Part shown: positions 25,393 through 28,108 of the stretch, piece after piece
How positions within the stretch are numbered: the first letter of the stretch is position 1
How the letters are laid out: each line of letters begins with the position of its first letter
Origin: Candidatus Helarchaeota archaeon
GTDB lineage: Archaea; Asgardarchaeota; Lokiarchaeia; Helarchaeales; RDOG01
Length of the DNA: 28,108 nucleotides
Assembly (NCBI GenBank): GCA_029838215.1
Contig: JALGVI010000039.1
Span: 1 to 28,108 of the forward strand
Direction: 5' to 3'
Translations under genes and position numbers: made by a program
Notes under the pieces: generated by a model
The model's database searches: none
What the model was told of the DNA's origin: nothing
What the model saw: the letters and a program-made list of their open reading frames with translations, nothing else

Positions 25393-26886
25393 ATGGTTGA
25401 AGAATTAGGCACGGTCATAACAACCCCTCAAGGTCCAAATCCTTTTGATTTCTCCTTCGTGATTGATGAAAAACATTCAGAATCAGTTCATTGTGGTGAG
25501 TTCATCTCAGTATCGGTCAGGAACGGCGTGCTCTTGGGTACCATCATTGACATCATTAAAACAAACCGCTATTTTAGTAGAGCTGAATCAGTACGTGAAT
25601 ATGAACGTGGCGGCGTCTCATTAAACGCAATTTTTCCTGCGGATCGATGGGAGTTCATGATTGCACGTGTAAAACCTCTTGGAATTTATTCTGAAAATCA
25701 CCTGATCCGTGTCACCAACCCGCCATCTCCAGGGACTAAAGTATATACCATGGAAAAAACACTTTTGGAAGAAGTCTTGGGCTTTAAATCAGAATCGGGT
25801 CTCAACTTGGGGCAGTTGAACTTCCACGAAATTCCCGTTAAACTTGATCTCACGCGTTTGCTTCAAAAACACGTTGCCATCTTGGCAATGTCGGGAGCGG
25901 GAAAGTCATACGCAACGGCAGTCTTATTAGAGGAATTATTGCTTCGCCACAAAAAACATGGACGATTGGCAGTAATTCTCATTGATGTTCACGGTGAATA
26001 TGATTCTTTTACATTGCAACCCGAAAATGGAGAATTTCACGATTTTTCAGAACGCGTGAAAGTATTCCCTAGTCCATTTATATCCCTGCAAACATCGTTA
26101 CTTACTGCTTATCAGATCGCGCACCTCTTGCCCCAAATTTCACCCATTCAGGTCCGTGAATTGCAAAAAGCATTTGCTAATGTTCGCAAGACTAACAAAA
26201 ATTTTACTTTTCAAGATTTGATTAATGAAGTAGAACATAATGATGAGATAAAGACGCAGACAAGAGATGCATTAACTAGCTGGTTGTTTGATTTATACCG
26301 CTTGCACTTATTTGACTCTCGTGAAAGCCCTTCACTTGATCAGGAAATAGAACCCGGAAAGTGTCTAATCATCGATCTATCCGAAACGTTAAATCTAAGA
26401 AAAAAACAAATCATCGTATATTACATTGCACAGCGACTTTTTTGGTTAAGAAAAAATAACAAGATCCCTCCATTTCTACTAATACTTGAAGAAGCACATC
26501 AATTCGTGCCAGAAGGAGCAAAAAAGGATAATGCAATATCTCGTTCCATTCTAGAAACATATGCAAGGGAAGGGCGCAAGTTCGGTGCGGCACTCTGTTT
26601 ATTGAGCCAACGACCCGTAAAACTCTCGACCACGGTTTTAAGTCAGTGTGGCACGCACGTGATCTTGCGCATTACCAATCCAAATGATCTTGACCACATC
26701 AGACAAAGCTCCGAACAAATCACTCGCGAATCCTTAGAAATGATTTCAAGCTTGCCCGTAGGCGAAGCCCTCATAACGGGTGTTGCCGTAAATCACCCCA
26801 TTTTCATGAAAGTACGCAAGCGGAAGTCGAGTGATCAACGAAAATTTTTAAAATTAGATGAAGTAGCAAAGGAATTTGATAAATAA
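25393..26886 (+). CDS. herA: HerA-family ATPase/helicase (HAS barrel + FtsK/HerA ATPase)
   Basis: N-terminal HAS-barrel-like region, HVAILAMSGAGKS (Walker A), IDVHGEY, LILEEAHQF (Walker B), REGRKFG, SQRP, LSQC, LPVGEALITG. Confidence 0.9.
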   Translation: MVEELGTVITTPQGPNPFDFSFVIDEKHSESVHCGEFISVSVRNGVLLGTIIDIIKTNRYFSRAESVREYERGGVSLNAIFPADRWEFMIARVKPLGIYSENHLIRVTNPPSPGTKVYTMEKTLLEEVLGFKSESGLNLGQLNFHEIPVKLDLTRLLQKHVAILAMSGAGKSYATAVLLEELLLRHKKHGRLAVILIDVHGEYDSFTLQPENGEFHDFSERVKVFPSPFISLQTSLLTAYQIAHLLPQISPIQVRELQKAFANVRKTNKNFTFQDLINEVEHNDEIKTQTRDALTSWLFDLYRLHLFDSRESPSLDQEIEPGKCLIIDLSETLNLRKKQIIVYYIAQRLFWLRKNNKIPPFLLILEEAHQFVPEGAKKDNAISRSILETYAREGRKFGAALCLLSQRPVKLSTTVLSQCGTHVILRITNPNDLDHIRQSSEQITRESLEMISSLPVGEALITGVAVNHPIFMKVRKRKSSDQRKFLKLDEVAKEFDK

Positions 26887-26904
26887 TAGAAATTTCCTCG
26901 AATT

Positions 26905-27204
26905 TTATTCTTTCTTAATAATCCGAAAAATCAAATTTTCACAAGCAGGCTCACAGACCTTTCTCACGCCGTGTTCTCCGGGTTCATATTTTGCAATGAC
27001 TAAACCTGCTTTTTCCAGTATTTTTATCTGAGCACTTATATTAGCCTCAGTTTGATTCAGCGCATCAGCAATCCGACTGACATCCATTTTCTTCATTCGC
27101 AACAATTTTAAGATGCTCCACCGTGTTTTCGAAGATAATGCTTTGGAAATTTGGGAAATATTATTATCGTCAATAATTAAGTCAATTACTCGCTCATTTG
27201 CCAA
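26905..27204 (-). CDS. ArsR/SmtB-family winged-helix transcription regulator
   Basis: KALSSKTRWSILKLL...MDVSRIADALNQTEANISAQIKILEKAGLV. TTG start. Confidence 0.88.
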   Translation of the reverse strand: MANERVIDLIIDDNNISQISKALSSKTRWSILKLLRMKKMDVSRIADALNQTEANISAQIKILEKAGLVIAKYEPGEHGVRKVCEPACENLIFRIIKKE

Positions 27205-28108
27205 ATTTTCAATCCTCCATTCATCTATTCCCAGAAAACTCAGACCCTATTCAACTCATGGAGTGATAATATTATCTTCTCATCTCAACGTATATGTTAA
27301 GAAGAAACATCATGAATTCGAATAAGTTCTATTTTTTTAGAAATTGACCAATTTAAAATATAAATATTATGTAGGCAAAGATTCTCAAACCATCAGTTTT
27401 AAATATGACTTATATCATTAAGACCGCTTTAAAAACAAATTGTGTCGGCTAAAATCATTGCTATCATAAACCGCTTAAATCTGCTTTCTACGGAGTTTTT
27501 TTTAAGATTCTATTTGACAAATCAAAATTATCAATAGAAAGCATAATTAATGATATTTTTTCAAGTCGTAAGAACTAATATTTTGAAAATAAATGAAAAA
27601 AAATGAATAAAAGGATAATTTTTAAAAAAATTATGATCTTTTTAAGGGACAGAGAGCTTCGCAATCTTCATCTTGATGATAAAGTCTACAATAATAGCAT
27701 ATCTTAGATTTGATTGCAAAAAATTTCTTAAAAAGACCCTTTGTTTTCTTTGCAAATAGCGTTTGCCTCTTATCTTGGAGCTTATCCTGCTTGTTCCAAT
27801 ATTTATCATCTTCAAATGTGAATCCCTTAGAGAATATTCAATATCAATAATTGATATTAATGTCGACAACCATCAGTATTAGTGTATATTTAGATAAGTC
27901 TTATTTATTAAATTTTCCAAAAATTTTCAATTTTGTGAATCAGCAAAAACATTTGAGTTAGCTCACGGAATTTTTAAGTCTTTAATTTAAATAAGCAATC
28001 ATTGAATTCAAATTGCCATAAAACCTACAAAGTTTTTTCGATTGGTGGTCAAGATCCGTTCTTTAAAAGTGTTTAAAAAGTTGAAGCACGAAGATTTTAG
28101 GGTATTGG

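Noticed and set aside
176-26593. Many short ORFs (60-115 aa) overlapping the main genes on the opposite strand or in other frames (e.g. 176..499, 2584..2883, 5693..6034, 9091..9396, 16903..17166, 23330..23638)
   Set aside because: They lie entirely within well-supported genes and have no motifs, so they are shadow ORFs.
24157-26886. HerA-based anti-phage defence system
   Set aside because: The partner is a NurA-type nuclease, not Sir2/DUF4297, and the context is housekeeping (pyrG) with no mobile or defence genes.
27642-27869. 75-aa minus-strand ORF in the track
   Set aside because: No recognisable motif, TTG start, and it overlaps a more protein-like Cys-rich frame reported as a finding.
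27205-28108. Long AT-rich non-coding stretch as a replication origin or CRISPR leader
   Set aside because: No ORB-like boxes with G-strings, no adjacent orc1/cdc6, and no repeat-spacer array. Only a short ACCGCTT repeat (27423, 27470), which is expected by chance or is promoter-related.

Overview
AT-rich, gene-dense archaeal chromosomal segment, most likely from an Asgard archaeon (Lokiarchaeia/Helarchaeales-like). This is inferred from a Rab-like GTPase, an archaeal-type tRNA with a BHB intron, DUF99, NurA/HerA, AOR and a geranylgeranyl-reductase-family gene. About 22 protein genes plus one tRNA. Left to right: partial hypothetical (-), tandem-2TM membrane protein and AbrB-type regulator, DUF3795, two tandem cobalamin-binding radical SAM paralogues, LLM/F420-type oxidoreductase, nucleoside hydrolase, OYE flavin oxidoreductase, tRNA-Pro(GGG), aldehyde:ferredoxin oxidoreductase, DUF99, an unknown ~383-aa protein, a four-gene convergent cluster (LuxE-like + PHP -> <- radical SAM/SPASM + LuxE-like with a C-terminal winged helix), a divergent Rab-like GTPase with a long tail, a helical hypothetical, a wHTH/double-zinc-ribbon protein, a GGR-family reductase, pyrG, nurA-herA, an ArsR regulator and ~0.9 kb of AT-rich DNA. 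The tRNA has a 32-nt T-loop intron and C33, and is absent from the ORF track. No CRISPR array, rRNA, transposase or integrase was seen. The best candidates for new biology are the double-LuxE/rSAM/PHP cluster with its LuxE-HxlR-like fusion, the unusual tRNA, and the tandem B12-rSAM pair. All family calls come from motif recognition by eye; no database searches were run.
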